From Candidatus Omnitrophota bacterium (GTDB lineage: Bacteria; Omnitrophota; Gorgyraeia; 2-02-FULL-51-18), in NCBI GenBank assembly GCA_016180585.1, contig JACPAX010000008.1:1-54985 (forward strand): a DNA stretch of 54,985 nucleotides, read 5' to 3'. A program made the translations under genes and the position numbers. Each line of letters begins with the position of its first letter. The stretch's first letter is position 1. The notes beneath the pieces are model-generated. The model was not told the origin of the DNA. It worked only from the letters and a program-made list of their open reading frames with translations, and did not search any database. Below, one piece after another: positions 1 to 8,799 of this stretch.

Positions 1-129
1 CGAACAGTCTGATCAAAAAGCCCAAGATGCGAGGCGCGAGGAAGCGAGCGCGGAGGCGCTATGGGAATAGCGCCGCACAAGTAAGCGACCGAGTAACGAA
101 GCAGATTGGGCTTTTTCATCAGACTGTTA
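1..129. repeat. Copy A of a ~129-nt dispersed element with ~23-nt terminal inverted repeats (aacagtctgatcaaaaagcccaa ... ttgggctttttcatcagactgtt). A reverse-complement copy lies at 38343-38471.
   Basis: The reverse complement of 1-129 matches 38343-38471 with about five substitutions. The copy may be truncated by the window edge. Confidence 0.85.
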
Positions 130-158
130 AAATTTTTTGTGGATAACGGGCGGCGGGT

Positions 159-167
159 TGGTATACT
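159..167 (+). promoter_or_regulatory. Candidate extended -10 element TGGTATACT, 6 nt upstream of the ATG at 174. This implies a leaderless or near-leaderless transcript.
   Basis: TGnTATACT motif read directly. No convincing -35 box. Confidence 0.35.
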
Positions 168-173
168 TGAAAG

Positions 174-1304
174 ATGACTCAAACACCGCCGGTGTTTTTT
201 CTCGCGTCCGCCGTTTTCTGCCTCGCCATTTTTCTGAGCCATGCTCTCTCCGGACTTTTCATCCGTCTCGCTCACCGGTTCAACCTCCTGGATTACCCGA
301 CGAGCCGCAAAAGACACAAGAGGCCGACGCCTTTCCTGGGAGGGGCGGCGGTGTTTCTTTCCTTCTGGTCGGTGGTCGGGGGAGGGCTCGTGGCGGCGCA
401 GGTTTGGGGCGCGTCTCCTTTTTCCCTGATTCCCAGGGTTCTCGGAATTTTTCTGGGAAGTCTTGTGATCTTCGGGGTGGGGCTTGTGGACGACAAGATC
501 GGCCTGACCCCGCTCCAAAAGCTTCTCGGCCAGATCGTGGCGGCCCTCATTCTGGTGGGGTTTGGTTTCTCGATCAACCTCGTCTCGGGCCTCGGCCCGT
601 TCGGATATCTGGTCACCTTTGTCTGGATACTCCTCATCATCAACGCGTTCAACTTCATCGACTCGCTTGACGGGCACTGCGCGGGGATCGCGCTAATCTC
701 GGCAGGCACGCTCTTCTGGATCACGCAAATTGTCGGCCAGCCGCTGACCGGATTTTTTATCGCCGCGTTTGTCGGGGCGCTTGCCGGGTTTTTGCCGCGC
801 AATTTTCGCCCGGCCAAGATTTTTCTCGGCGACAACGGCAGTCTTTTCGTCGGCTACATGCTCGCGGCCTTCACGCTCCTTTGTCGGTATCAGCGCGAGG
901 GTTTCGTCGACGCGACCGTCTTTATCCCGGTCCTCATTTTCGGGATCCCCATCTATGACACCCTGTCGGTCATCGCGGTGCGCCTGAGGCGCGGCGTCGT
1001 TCCGTGGGAAGGGGACCGGAACCACTTTGCGCATCGTCTGGTGAAAATGGGGATGAGCGACAGGGTGGCCGTCATCTTTTCCTATTTCATCGCGGTCACG
1101 CTGGGCCTCTCGGCGATCCTGACGACTCAGGTCACTTTCTTCGGCGCGGCGCTCATCGGGCTCATGTTTCTTTCGATTCTCGGCGTGATCGCGTTTCTCG
1201 AGTACTATGCGGCCAAGCGCGAGCGAATCATCGAGCGGCTGGCCAAGACCAAGAGGCGCCGCAGAGAGGATATCGTGAGATTTGAGGAGGAGGGGTTGCG
1301 ATGA
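174..1304 (+). CDS. Glycosyltransferase family 4, polyprenyl-phosphate sugar-1-phosphate transferase (WecA/MraY-like)
   Basis: 376-aa polytopic membrane ORF with MraY/WecA-type motifs NAFNFIDSLDG and FLGDNGSLFVGY. Confidence 0.85.
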   Translation: MTQTPPVFFLASAVFCLAIFLSHALSGLFIRLAHRFNLLDYPTSRKRHKRPTPFLGGAAVFLSFWSVVGGGLVAAQVWGASPFSLIPRVLGIFLGSLVIFGVGLVDDKIGLTPLQKLLGQIVAALILVGFGFSINLVSGLGPFGYLVTFVWILLIINAFNFIDSLDGHCAGIALISAGTLFWITQIVGQPLTGFFIAAFVGALAGFLPRNFRPAKIFLGDNGSLFVGYMLAAFTLLCRYQREGFVDATVFIPVLIFGIPIYDTLSVIAVRLRRGVVPWEGDRNHFAHRLVKMGMSDRVAVIFSYFIAVTLGLSAILTTQVTFFGAALIGLMFLSILGVIAFLEYYAAKRERIIERLAKTKRRRREDIVRFEEEGLR

Positions 1305-1651
1305 TCTCGGAGGGGCGCCCCTGGGGCATGTATGAAGTGCTTCACCGGGCGCCGGGGGTCCAGGTCAAGCGGATTGAGGTGAAACCCGGGCTCCGCTTCA
1401 GCCTCCAGAAACACCGGAGGCGTTCGGAGAAATGGGTGGTGATCGCGGGGACGGGGGTTGCGACCGTCGGAGACCGCCAGATCGCGGCGACGAAAGGCGT
1501 TTTTTTGGACGTCCCCTGCGGGGAGGCTCACCGGATGCGGAATACCGGCAAGGATCCCCTTGTTTTCATCGAGGTGCAGTTCGGGGACTACCTGGGGGAA
1601 GACGACATCGTCCGCCTTGCGGATGATTTTGGGAGGACAGGATCTCTATGA
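1301..1651 (+). CDS. Cupin-domain protein, mannose-6-phosphate isomerase type II C-terminal-like
   Basis: 116 aa. Contains WGMYEVL..VKRIEVKPG..SLQKH..R.E.W and a GEAHRMRNTG cupin motif. 4-nt overlap with the upstream gene. Confidence 0.7.
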   Translation: MISEGRPWGMYEVLHRAPGVQVKRIEVKPGLRFSLQKHRRRSEKWVVIAGTGVATVGDRQIAATKGVFLDVPCGEAHRMRNTGKDPLVFIEVQFGDYLGEDDIVRLADDFGRTGSL

Positions 1652-2082
1652 AAAAAATAAAAGGGCGAAAGAAATCCGCCATGGGTTTCACGCTGGTGGA
1701 GCTGATGCTTGTCGTGATCATCATCGGGACGCTCGTCGCGATGGTCATGCCAAGGCTCTCCGGGCGGTCCGAGCAGGCAAGGATCAGCGCGGCCAAAGCG
1801 GACATCTCGGCGAACATCGCGACGGCCCTGAAACTCTACGAGCTGGACAACGGAAACTTTCCGACCTCCTCGGACGGCGGGCTCGGGGCGCTTTTCACGA
1901 AACCCGGCAGCGCCACGAATTGGAACGGTCCTTACCTTGAAAAGAAAGCGATGGATCCGTGGGGGAGGGAATACCAGTACCGCAATCCCGGGACGCACCG
2001 CAGCTACGACTATGACCTTTATTCTTTCGGGCCCGACGGACAGGAAAGCGATGACGACGTAAAAAACTGGGAGTCGGCATGA
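1648..2082 (+). CDS. gspG: Type II secretion major pseudopilin GspG-like, with a prepilin N-terminus
   Basis: Prepilin cleavage and methylation motif G/FTLVELMLVV, and a GspG-like C-terminus (NWNGPYL..DPWGREYQYR..YDLYSFGPDG). Confidence 0.85.
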   Translation: MKKIKGRKKSAMGFTLVELMLVVIIIGTLVAMVMPRLSGRSEQARISAAKADISANIATALKLYELDNGNFPTSSDGGLGALFTKPGSATNWNGPYLEKKAMDPWGREYQYRNPGTHRSYDYDLYSFGPDGQESDDDVKNWESA

Positions 2083-2423
2083 GCCGCGTTTTCTTGACGG
2101 TTCTGGCCGTGTGCTTTTCTTTTGCCGGGTCCGGCTTGTGGGCGGGGGAAAACGAGGAGGCGGACTACAAAGTCCAAACGTTGAAAACGAAAGAGGGCAT
2201 GCAGTTCCGCATCCCCGAGGACATGCCGATCGAGACGAAGGGAGGGGTCCTCGCGCCCGCCTCCACCGAAGAGTATATCTATGTCAAATTCAAACAGCTC
2301 GACAAGCGGCTCAAGACGATCGAGGACAAGATCGACCAGGTGACAAAGATCGTGCTTGCCACGGCCGGTGAAAAATACAAAGAGACCCCGGACGAAAAAT
2401 CGAAGGTCCTGACAAGCCGTTGA
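2079..2423 (+). CDS. Hypothetical secreted protein
   Basis: 114-aa ORF with an N-terminal signal-like hydrophobic segment. Translationally coupled to both neighbours. No recognisable domain. Confidence 0.5.
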   Translation: MSRVFLTVLAVCFSFAGSGLWAGENEEADYKVQTLKTKEGMQFRIPEDMPIETKGGVLAPASTEEYIYVKFKQLDKRLKTIEDKIDQVTKIVLATAGEKYKETPDEKSKVLTSR

Positions 2424-3217
2424 AATTTTTAATTTCCCTGATTCTCTTGCCCGCGCTCGCCGTCGGGTGCGCGAGGGTTCCCGCGCGTCCGCCGGTCGCG
2501 CCGCTCGGCGGTCCGGTCTCTCCGGCTCCGCCGCCGGCGCTTTACCATGCGGTGGAGCGGGGGCAGACCTTTTATCGCATCGCGAAAATGTACGGCGTGG
2601 ACGTGGGAGAGCTGATGCGCGTCAATCACCGGGAGGACCCCGGCGCTCTCGAGGTCGGTGAGCGGCTCCTCATTCCGGGTCTGGCCTCCTCCCCCCTGTA
2701 TCCCCCGGCGGCTCCGCTCTTGCCCGAGATGGACCGCCGGGAGATCCGACGGCGGGTGGGCCCGAAGCGGGAAGGGTCGGTATGGAAGACCATTACGGTG
2801 CATCACAGCGCGACGCGGCAGGGAAGCGCCAAGCTTTTTGACCGCGACCACACCCGGCGCCACATGGGAGGGCTTTTTTACCATTTTGTCCTGGGAAACG
2901 GCACCACCACCGACGATGGGGAGGTGGAGGTCGGCTGGCGGTGGAAAAGACAGGTCAAGGCCAATAGACCTTACGATATTCAAATATGCCTCGTGGGGGA
3001 TTTCAATAAACAGCAGGTCTCGGACGCTCAGTTTGGGTCCCTGGTGACGCTCATATCGCTTTTGATGGAACAGTACCCTATTTCTTTAAAAGCCGTCCGG
3101 AGGCATGAGGACATTAAAGGACGGCACACCGAGTGTCCCGGCCGCCATTTTCCTTTTTACCGGCTTTTATCCGAGCTCAAACGGCAGCAGGATTTGGCGG
3201 ACACCCATGCCGGATAA
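2420..3217 (+). CDS. Lipoprotein with a LysM domain and an N-acetylmuramoyl-L-alanine amidase (amidase_2/PGRP) domain
   Basis: Lipobox LAVGC. LysM-like segment YHAVERGQTFYRIAKMYGVDVGELMRVN. The C-terminus (ITVHHSAT ... RRHEDI..T.CPG) is typical of AmpD/PGRP amidases. TTG start. Confidence 0.8.
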   Translation: MKFLISLILLPALAVGCARVPARPPVAPLGGPVSPAPPPALYHAVERGQTFYRIAKMYGVDVGELMRVNHREDPGALEVGERLLIPGLASSPLYPPAAPLLPEMDRREIRRRVGPKREGSVWKTITVHHSATRQGSAKLFDRDHTRRHMGGLFYHFVLGNGTTTDDGEVEVGWRWKRQVKANRPYDIQICLVGDFNKQQVSDAQFGSLVTLISLLMEQYPISLKAVRRHEDIKGRHTECPGRHFPFYRLLSELKRQQDLADTHAG

Positions 3218-4253
3218 AAAGATCCTGGACGCGGGGGATCCTGCAAATCTTGAACTGGCCTCGGAAAAGATCAGGACGGGAGGCGTGGTCGCTTTCCCGA
3301 CCGAGACCGTTTATGGCCTCGGGGCCGATGTTTTCAACAAAGAGGCGGTGTGCCGGGTCTACGAAATCAAAAAGAGACCGTCGTTCGACCCGCTGATCGT
3401 CCACGTCTCGTCATCCGATGAGGCCCTCAGGCTCTGGCGTGAGATCCCTTCCGTCGCGTTGACGCTCATGAAAAAATTTTGGCCGGGTCCGCTGACGCTC
3501 GTGCTCCCAAAAAAACACGCGGTGCCGGATATCGTCACGGCGGGTCTTGACACCGTCGCGGTGCGCATGCCGAAGCACCCGGCCGCGCTTGAGCTGATCC
3601 GGAAATCCGGGACGCCGGTCGCGGCCCCGAGCGCCAACCGTTTCGGCCACGCCTCCCCGACGACGGCCGAGGCGGTTTATGAGGAATTGGGAGAGGGGCC
3701 GGATTTGATTTTGGACGGGGGGTCTACGCCCGTCGGCGTGGAATCCACCGTGCTCAAGGTCGAGAAAAAATCGGGGTTTCTCCTGAGGCCCGGGGGAATC
3801 GCCCTGGAAGAACTCGAGAATTTCCTGAGGGTCAGGACGGTTTCCGACGGCGGGGATGTCTCCCGGTCCCCCGGCCGGATGGAAAGCCACTACGCGATTG
3901 CGACCCCCCTGCATCTGGCCGCGCAACCGCTCGGCCGGTGTCTGGAGGCGCTCGAAGGTTTTTGCGAAAGCCGGCCTGCCGTCGGACGGCCCAAGCTCGG
4001 TCTCCTGTCTTTCGGGGACCCGGAGTCTCCCGCCGGCCTTTTTCAGGCGGTCGAGGCGCTCAGCGCGAAGAAAGACCTCCGTGAGGCGGCCGCAAAGCTC
4101 TTTCAAGCGATGCGAAAACTTGATAAAATGGGCCTCGATTTGATCCTGGCCATGCCGGTCCCGGAAAAGGGCCTGGGTCTTGCCATCATGGATCGTTTGC
4201 GGAAGGCCTCGGGGGTGGACAGCCTCATGGAATTTTTAAACGGATGGAAATGA
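3207..4253 (+). CDS. tsaC: L-threonylcarbamoyladenylate synthase (Sua5/YwlC/TsaC family, long form)
   Basis: YrdC-domain motifs VVAFPTETVYGLGAD, SFDPLIVHV and APSANRFG, plus a C-terminal Sua5-like extension. I chose the ATG at 3207 rather than the ORF-track start at 3105. Confidence 0.9.
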   Translation: MPDKKILDAGDPANLELASEKIRTGGVVAFPTETVYGLGADVFNKEAVCRVYEIKKRPSFDPLIVHVSSSDEALRLWREIPSVALTLMKKFWPGPLTLVLPKKHAVPDIVTAGLDTVAVRMPKHPAALELIRKSGTPVAAPSANRFGHASPTTAEAVYEELGEGPDLILDGGSTPVGVESTVLKVEKKSGFLLRPGGIALEELENFLRVRTVSDGGDVSRSPGRMESHYAIATPLHLAAQPLGRCLEALEGFCESRPAVGRPKLGLLSFGDPESPAGLFQAVEALSAKKDLREAAAKLFQAMRKLDKMGLDLILAMPVPEKGLGLAIMDRLRKASGVDSLMEFLNGWK

Positions 4254-5185
4254 GCGCGGCCGTCAGGGCGAAAAACGCCGAGACCGTGTGGGAGACCCAT
4301 CTGCCGCTCCCGCTCTTGAGTCGCGGAAAGGTGCGCGACATCTACTCGGCCGGAGACGACAAGCTTCTGATCGTCACGACGGACAGGCTCAGCGCGTTTG
4401 ACGTCGTGCTGCCCAATCCGATCCCCGTCAAAGGCAAGGTCCTCAACCAGATCTCTCTTTTTTGGTTCCGGAGATTTAAGCGCCTGGTCCCCAATCATCT
4501 GGTGACCTCCGAGGTCGGCCGGATGGGATTTGACCGCGATTTTCTGAAACGGCACGCCAAGATCCTTGAGGGCAGGTCGGCGCTCGTCCACCGAGCGCGG
4601 CCGCTGTCGGTGGAATGCGTCGTCCGCGGTTTCCTGGCCGGCTCCGGGTGGAAGGATTACCAGAAAACCGGCGGCGTCTGCGGACACGCGCTTCCTGCCG
4701 GGCTCGGGCAGTGCGGCGAGCTGCCTCGGCCGATTTTCACGCCGGCCACCAAGGCGACGACGGGCCACGATATCAATATCGATTTTGACGAAACGGTGAA
4801 GCGCGAAGGCAAAAAAATCGCCGCCAAGATACGGGACCTGTCGATCCGCCTTTACAGGGAAGGGGTCCGGTACGCCAGGGCGCGCGGGATCCTCATCGCG
4901 GACACCAAATTTGAATTCGGCCTCCTGGACGGCAGGCTCATTTTAATCGACGAGGTGCTGACGCCCGACAGCTCGCGTTTTTGGCCGGTGGAGAAGTACC
5001 GCCCCGGACAGGACCAACCCAGCCTCGACAAGCAGATCGTCAGGAATTATCTTTTGGGAATCCGGTGGAACCAAACGCCGCCGGCGCCTGAATTGCCGGC
5101 CGAGATTGTCCGAAAGACCTCGCGAGCCTACCAAGACGTCTACAAGCGTCTGACCGGAAAAAACTTATCGAGGGCGCCGGGATGA
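4244..5185 (+). CDS. purC: Phosphoribosylaminoimidazole-succinocarboxamide (SAICAR) synthase
   Basis: 313 aa with SAICAR synthetase motifs GKVRDIY, TDRLSAFD and LIADTKFEFG. Confidence 0.93.
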   Translation: MEMSAAVRAKNAETVWETHLPLPLLSRGKVRDIYSAGDDKLLIVTTDRLSAFDVVLPNPIPVKGKVLNQISLFWFRRFKRLVPNHLVTSEVGRMGFDRDFLKRHAKILEGRSALVHRARPLSVECVVRGFLAGSGWKDYQKTGGVCGHALPAGLGQCGELPRPIFTPATKATTGHDINIDFDETVKREGKKIAAKIRDLSIRLYREGVRYARARGILIADTKFEFGLLDGRLILIDEVLTPDSSRFWPVEKYRPGQDQPSLDKQIVRNYLLGIRWNQTPPAPELPAEIVRKTSRAYQDVYKRLTGKNLSRAPG

Positions 5186-5766
5186 CCCTAACCCCCTCAA
5201 CGATGATGCCGCTTGGATCGACGGCCCCTGATTTCGAGCTGCCGGACGTCGTCAGCGGAAAAAACGTCTCGCTCGCCACGTTCAAGAGCAAAAAAGCGCT
5301 TCTGATTCTTTTTATCTGTCGTCACTGCCCCTACGTCCGGCATCTCCAGGGGGATCTCGCGCAGATCGGTTTGGACTACCGTTTTAAGGACATCGGGATT
5401 ATCGCGATCAGCTCGAATGACGCCCAAAGCCATCCGGAGGATTCGCCGGAGAGCCTCAAGGAAATGGCGGCGGCCCTCGGTTTTACCTTTCCGTTCTGCT
5501 ATGACGAGACCCAGCAGGTGGCCAAAAATTATCACGCGGCGTGCACGCCGGATTTTTTCCTCTTTGACAAGAAACGCACGTTGGTCTACCGCGGCCAGTT
5601 TGACGACAGCCGGCCGGACAGCGGGCGCCCCGTCACGGGGCGTGATTTGAGGCAGGCGATCGACGCGGCGCTCGCCGACGAGCCGGTGTCCCGGATCCAA
5701 AAACCAAGCATGGGCTGCAATATCAAATGGAAGCCCGGCAATGAGCCGGACTATTTCAAAAGCTGA
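5182..5766 (+). CDS. Thioredoxin-fold thiol-disulfide oxidoreductase (AhpC/TSA-like)
   Basis: 194 aa. CxxC motif (CRHC) in a thioredoxin-like context (APDFELPDV..GKNVSL..KALLILF). Confidence 0.8.
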   Translation: MTLTPSTMMPLGSTAPDFELPDVVSGKNVSLATFKSKKALLILFICRHCPYVRHLQGDLAQIGLDYRFKDIGIIAISSNDAQSHPEDSPESLKEMAAALGFTFPFCYDETQQVAKNYHAACTPDFFLFDKKRTLVYRGQFDDSRPDSGRPVTGRDLRQAIDAALADEPVSRIQKPSMGCNIKWKPGNEPDYFKS

Positions 5767-5777
5767 AGGGGGAGCGG

Positions 5778-6161
5778 ATGGTCTTCAAAAAAATAAGCGA
5801 TCTTTTGTGCGAGATAGGGGCGACGTTGCTCAAGGACTACCAGTCGAAGGCCGTGGACCTGGCGAAGATCGAGACGGCCTCGCTTTATATCCGCGGGATC
5901 AAGGCATTACGCGAGCATTTCATCGCGGTCGTGACGCTCGTTTTCAGCTTGCTTCTCTTGGCCTTCGCGGTGATTCTTATCCCGCTGGCGCTCGTCCTCT
6001 GCATGGACTGGACGGCCGGCGCCAAGGTGTCCGCGCTCGGCGTGCTGTCGGTTTTTTACATCGGGATCCCCTGGGTGGTGGTCCGCCGTTTTCTCTCCGA
6101 AAAAACCTGGATGAGACTCTCCAAGTCCGACGAGCTCCTGGAAAAAGTCGTCGGCCGCTGA
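5778..6161 (+). CDS. Hypothetical membrane protein
   Basis: 127-aa ORF with two hydrophobic helices. Backbone-like GC. No recognised domain. Confidence 0.5.
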   Translation: MVFKKISDLLCEIGATLLKDYQSKAVDLAKIETASLYIRGIKALREHFIAVVTLVFSLLLLAFAVILIPLALVLCMDWTAGAKVSALGVLSVFYIGIPWVVVRRFLSEKTWMRLSKSDELLEKVVGR

Positions 6162-6223
6162 GAAGGTCCTTTTGCGCCAAATACAGGAGCTAGTACTCAC
6201 CGTATGAAAACGGCTAAAAATAT

Positions 6224-6252
6224 TTGACATTTCTTTAGTTAATGAGTATAAT
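6224..6252 (+). promoter_or_regulatory. Consensus sigma-70-type promoter TTGACA-17 nt-TATAAT for the ATPase island gene
   Basis: TTGACA at 6224-6229 and TATAAT at 6247-6252 with an exact 17-nt spacer. The -10 box lies inside the inverted repeat ATGAGTA-TAAT-TACTCAT (6242-6259). Confidence 0.7.
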
Positions 6253-6285
6253 TACTCATAGTAGTGAGTAATTATAGGAGTGTGT

Positions 6286-7470
6286 ATGTATAAACGAAAT
6301 ATGGTTGAGGTTGTCCGTAAACGCTTAACTGAGAAGAGACGCTTTATTCAGGTGATATTGGGTCCGCGCCAGGCAGGCAAAACAACGGCTATCCAACAGG
6401 TTTTGGAGGAGATAACCGCACCGTCACATTACGCTGCGGCTGATCTGCCGGCCCCCCCGGATACCGGCTGGATAGCCAGGCAGTGGGAAATGGCCAGGAT
6501 GAAAACAGAAGCGTCAAAGCCGGTTGTCCTTGTTCTGGATGAAATTCAGAAAGTCGCGCATTGGTCGGATGAGGTCAAACGCTTATGGGATGAGGATAGT
6601 CGCTTAAACAGCGATATTCACGTTGTGCTTCTGGGGTCATCGTCTCTATTGATTCAAAAAGGCTTAAGCGAGAGTCTGGCGGGGCGGTTTGAGCTTGTTC
6701 GTTTTCCCCATTGGTCATGGACTGAAATGCGGGAGTGTTTCGGCTTATCTTTAGAGCAATACGTCTACTTTGGAGGATATCCGGCCTCGGCATCTCTGAT
6801 GCAAGATGAAAACCGTTGGGGGCAATATGTCCGTGATTCATTGATTGAAACCGCCCTATCAAAGGATATCCTTCTTTTAAACCGTGTTGAAAAACCCGTT
6901 TTATTGCGGCAACTATTTGTACTGGCGTGCGAATATAGCGGTCAGATATTATCCTATCAAAAGATCTTAGGACAATTGCAGGATGTGGGTAACACGGTAA
7001 CGGTGGCACATTATCAGAGGTTTTTGGAAGCCGCTTTTCTTATCCGGGGCCTGCAGAAGTGGTCGGGTAAAGCGGTTCGATCAAGAAGTTCAAGCCCCAA
7101 GTGGCTTGCTTTGAATTCCGGACTGGTAAGCTCATTATCTAACCGTACATTCAACGAGTGGCGGAGCGACCCTGCGCAATGGGGAAGGCTTGTGGAAACG
7201 GGTGTCGGCGCCCATTTGGCAAATCGAGGTGTATTGAACGGCGTTGATATCTATTATTGGCGAGAGGGCAATAACGAAGTTGATTTTGTTCTGCGCAAAG
7301 GGAATGTCCTGACTGCCATTGAAGTAAAAAGCGGGCAGAAGCGCATAGCATCGAAGGGTTTGGCGGAATTTAAGAAGCAATATCCTCGGGCACATACGCT
7401 GATAGTCGGGACCGGAGGGATGGCGTTGAAGGAATTCTTTGAGACGCCGATCGTGAAATTAATGGCATGA
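6286..7470 (+). CDS. AAA-family ATPase with a C-terminal DUF4143 / PD-(D/E)xK-like domain (COG1373-type)
   Basis: Walker A GPRQAGKTT and Walker B VLVLDEIQ. C-terminal YYWREGNNEVDFVL...AIEVKSG nuclease-like motif. AGGAG SD 5 nt before the ATG at 6286. Clearly lower GC than the flanks. Confidence 0.85.
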   Translation: MYKRNMVEVVRKRLTEKRRFIQVILGPRQAGKTTAIQQVLEEITAPSHYAAADLPAPPDTGWIARQWEMARMKTEASKPVVLVLDEIQKVAHWSDEVKRLWDEDSRLNSDIHVVLLGSSSLLIQKGLSESLAGRFELVRFPHWSWTEMRECFGLSLEQYVYFGGYPASASLMQDENRWGQYVRDSLIETALSKDILLLNRVEKPVLLRQLFVLACEYSGQILSYQKILGQLQDVGNTVTVAHYQRFLEAAFLIRGLQKWSGKAVRSRSSSPKWLALNSGLVSSLSNRTFNEWRSDPAQWGRLVETGVGAHLANRGVLNGVDIYYWREGNNEVDFVLRKGNVLTAIEVKSGQKRIASKGLAEFKKQYPRAHTLIVGTGGMALKEFFETPIVKLMA

Positions 7471-7473
7471 AGA

Positions 7474-8799
7474 ATGAATAGTTCTAAACGAGTGTACATC
7501 CGTACCTTCGGATGCCAGATGAACGAGCGCGACAGCGAGGCGGTGACGGGGCTTCTGCTGGGGCGGGGTTATGAGGCGGCGGCCAGCGCCGAAGAGGCGG
7601 ATGTGCTTCTTTACAACACCTGCAGTGTGCGCGATCACGCCGAGCAGAAGGTTTTTGGACGGATGGGACATTTCAAGACATTGAAGGAAAAAAACCCGGC
7701 GCTCGTCGTGGGGATCGTCGGGTGCATGGCGCAGGAGCACGGGGAGAATTTTTTTAAGAAAAATCCGGAGATTGATCTCGTCTGCGGGCCGGGAAACTTG
7801 AGCCAGATCCCGGATTTGGTGGACGAAATCTGGCGGGAACGGTCTCCACGGCTGGCCATCGACAAATTAAACGATGAATACGGTCTGGAGGGTATCCATT
7901 ACCGTTCCGGCAAGATCAAGGCGCTTGTCACCATCATGACCGGCTGCGACCACCGCTGCACCTACTGTATCGTGCCATACACGCGCGGGGGCGAGTGTTC
8001 GCGCGGCTCCGGGAGTATTTTGAGGGAGATGAAGGACCTGGAGTCCCGCGGCTTCAAGGACGTGATGCTCCTGGGACAAAACGTGAATTCCTACGGCAAG
8101 GGGCTGGAGGAAAAAATCGATTTCGCGGGGCTGCTCGGGAAAATTCAAGAGGCCGCGCCGGGAATTGGCCGTCTCCGCTTCATCACCAGCCACCCCAAAG
8201 ACGCGCACACGCGGCTTTTTCGCGCGATGCGCGATCTCCCGATGGTCTGCGAACAGCTTCACCTGCCCGTGCAGTCGGGTTCCACGCGCACGCTCCGCCG
8301 GATGAAGCGCGAGCACACCCGGGAGTGGTATCTCGAGCAGATCGCCGAGTACCGAAGCCTCGTGCCGGGGGGCAGTCTCAGCACCGACTTCATCGTCGGT
8401 TTTCCCGGCGAGACCCGGGAGGATTTCGAAGAGACGCTGTCTCTGGCGGAGGAGGCGCAGTTCGACAGCGCCTATGTTTTTCAATACTCGCCCCGGCCGG
8501 GGACGCCGGCGCTCAAGCTGGCGGACGATGTGAGTCCCGCGGAGAAGGCCGGACGCCACCAGAGGCTGTTGTCTTTGCAGCGCGCGATAAGCCTGAAAAA
8601 GAATCAGGCGCTCATCGGCGACACGGTCGAGGTGTTGTTTGAGTCGAAGACCAAGCGGGGGGAGGAGCGTTTCGTCGGCCGGACCCGAAGCTACAAGCGC
8701 GTCGTGGCGGCGGGTCCCGGGGACCTCGTCGGGCGGTTGCGCAAGGCGCGCATCGCCGGCGCCGCGGACGAGACGCTTTTGGGCGAGATTCTTCCGTGA
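7474..8799 (+). CDS. miaB: tRNA-2-methylthio-N6-dimethylallyladenosine synthase (radical SAM methylthiotransferase)
   Basis: 441 aa. UPF0004 N-domain (YIRTFGCQMNERDSE), radical SAM CxxxCxxC (CDHRCTYCIVP) and a TRAM C-terminus. Confidence 0.93.
   Translation: MNSSKRVYIRTFGCQMNERDSEAVTGLLLGRGYEAAASAEEADVLLYNTCSVRDHAEQKVFGRMGHFKTLKEKNPALVVGIVGCMAQEHGENFFKKNPEIDLVCGPGNLSQIPDLVDEIWRERSPRLAIDKLNDEYGLEGIHYRSGKIKALVTIMTGCDHRCTYCIVPYTRGGECSRGSGSILREMKDLESRGFKDVMLLGQNVNSYGKGLEEKIDFAGLLGKIQEAAPGIGRLRFITSHPKDAHTRLFRAMRDLPMVCEQLHLPVQSGSTRTLRRMKREHTREWYLEQIAEYRSLVPGGSLSTDFIVGFPGETREDFEETLSLAEEAQFDSAYVFQYSPRPGTPALKLADDVSPAEKAGRHQRLLSLQRAISLKKNQALIGDTVEVLFESKTKRGEERFVGRTRSYKRVVAAGPGDLVGRLRKARIAGAADETLLGEILP

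Noticed and set aside
137-670. 177-aa + strand ORF, and other ORFs in alternative frames, over the WecA-like gene
   Set aside because: These are out-of-frame overlaps with a clear GT4 membrane protein. Their composition is typical of GC-rich off-frame translation.
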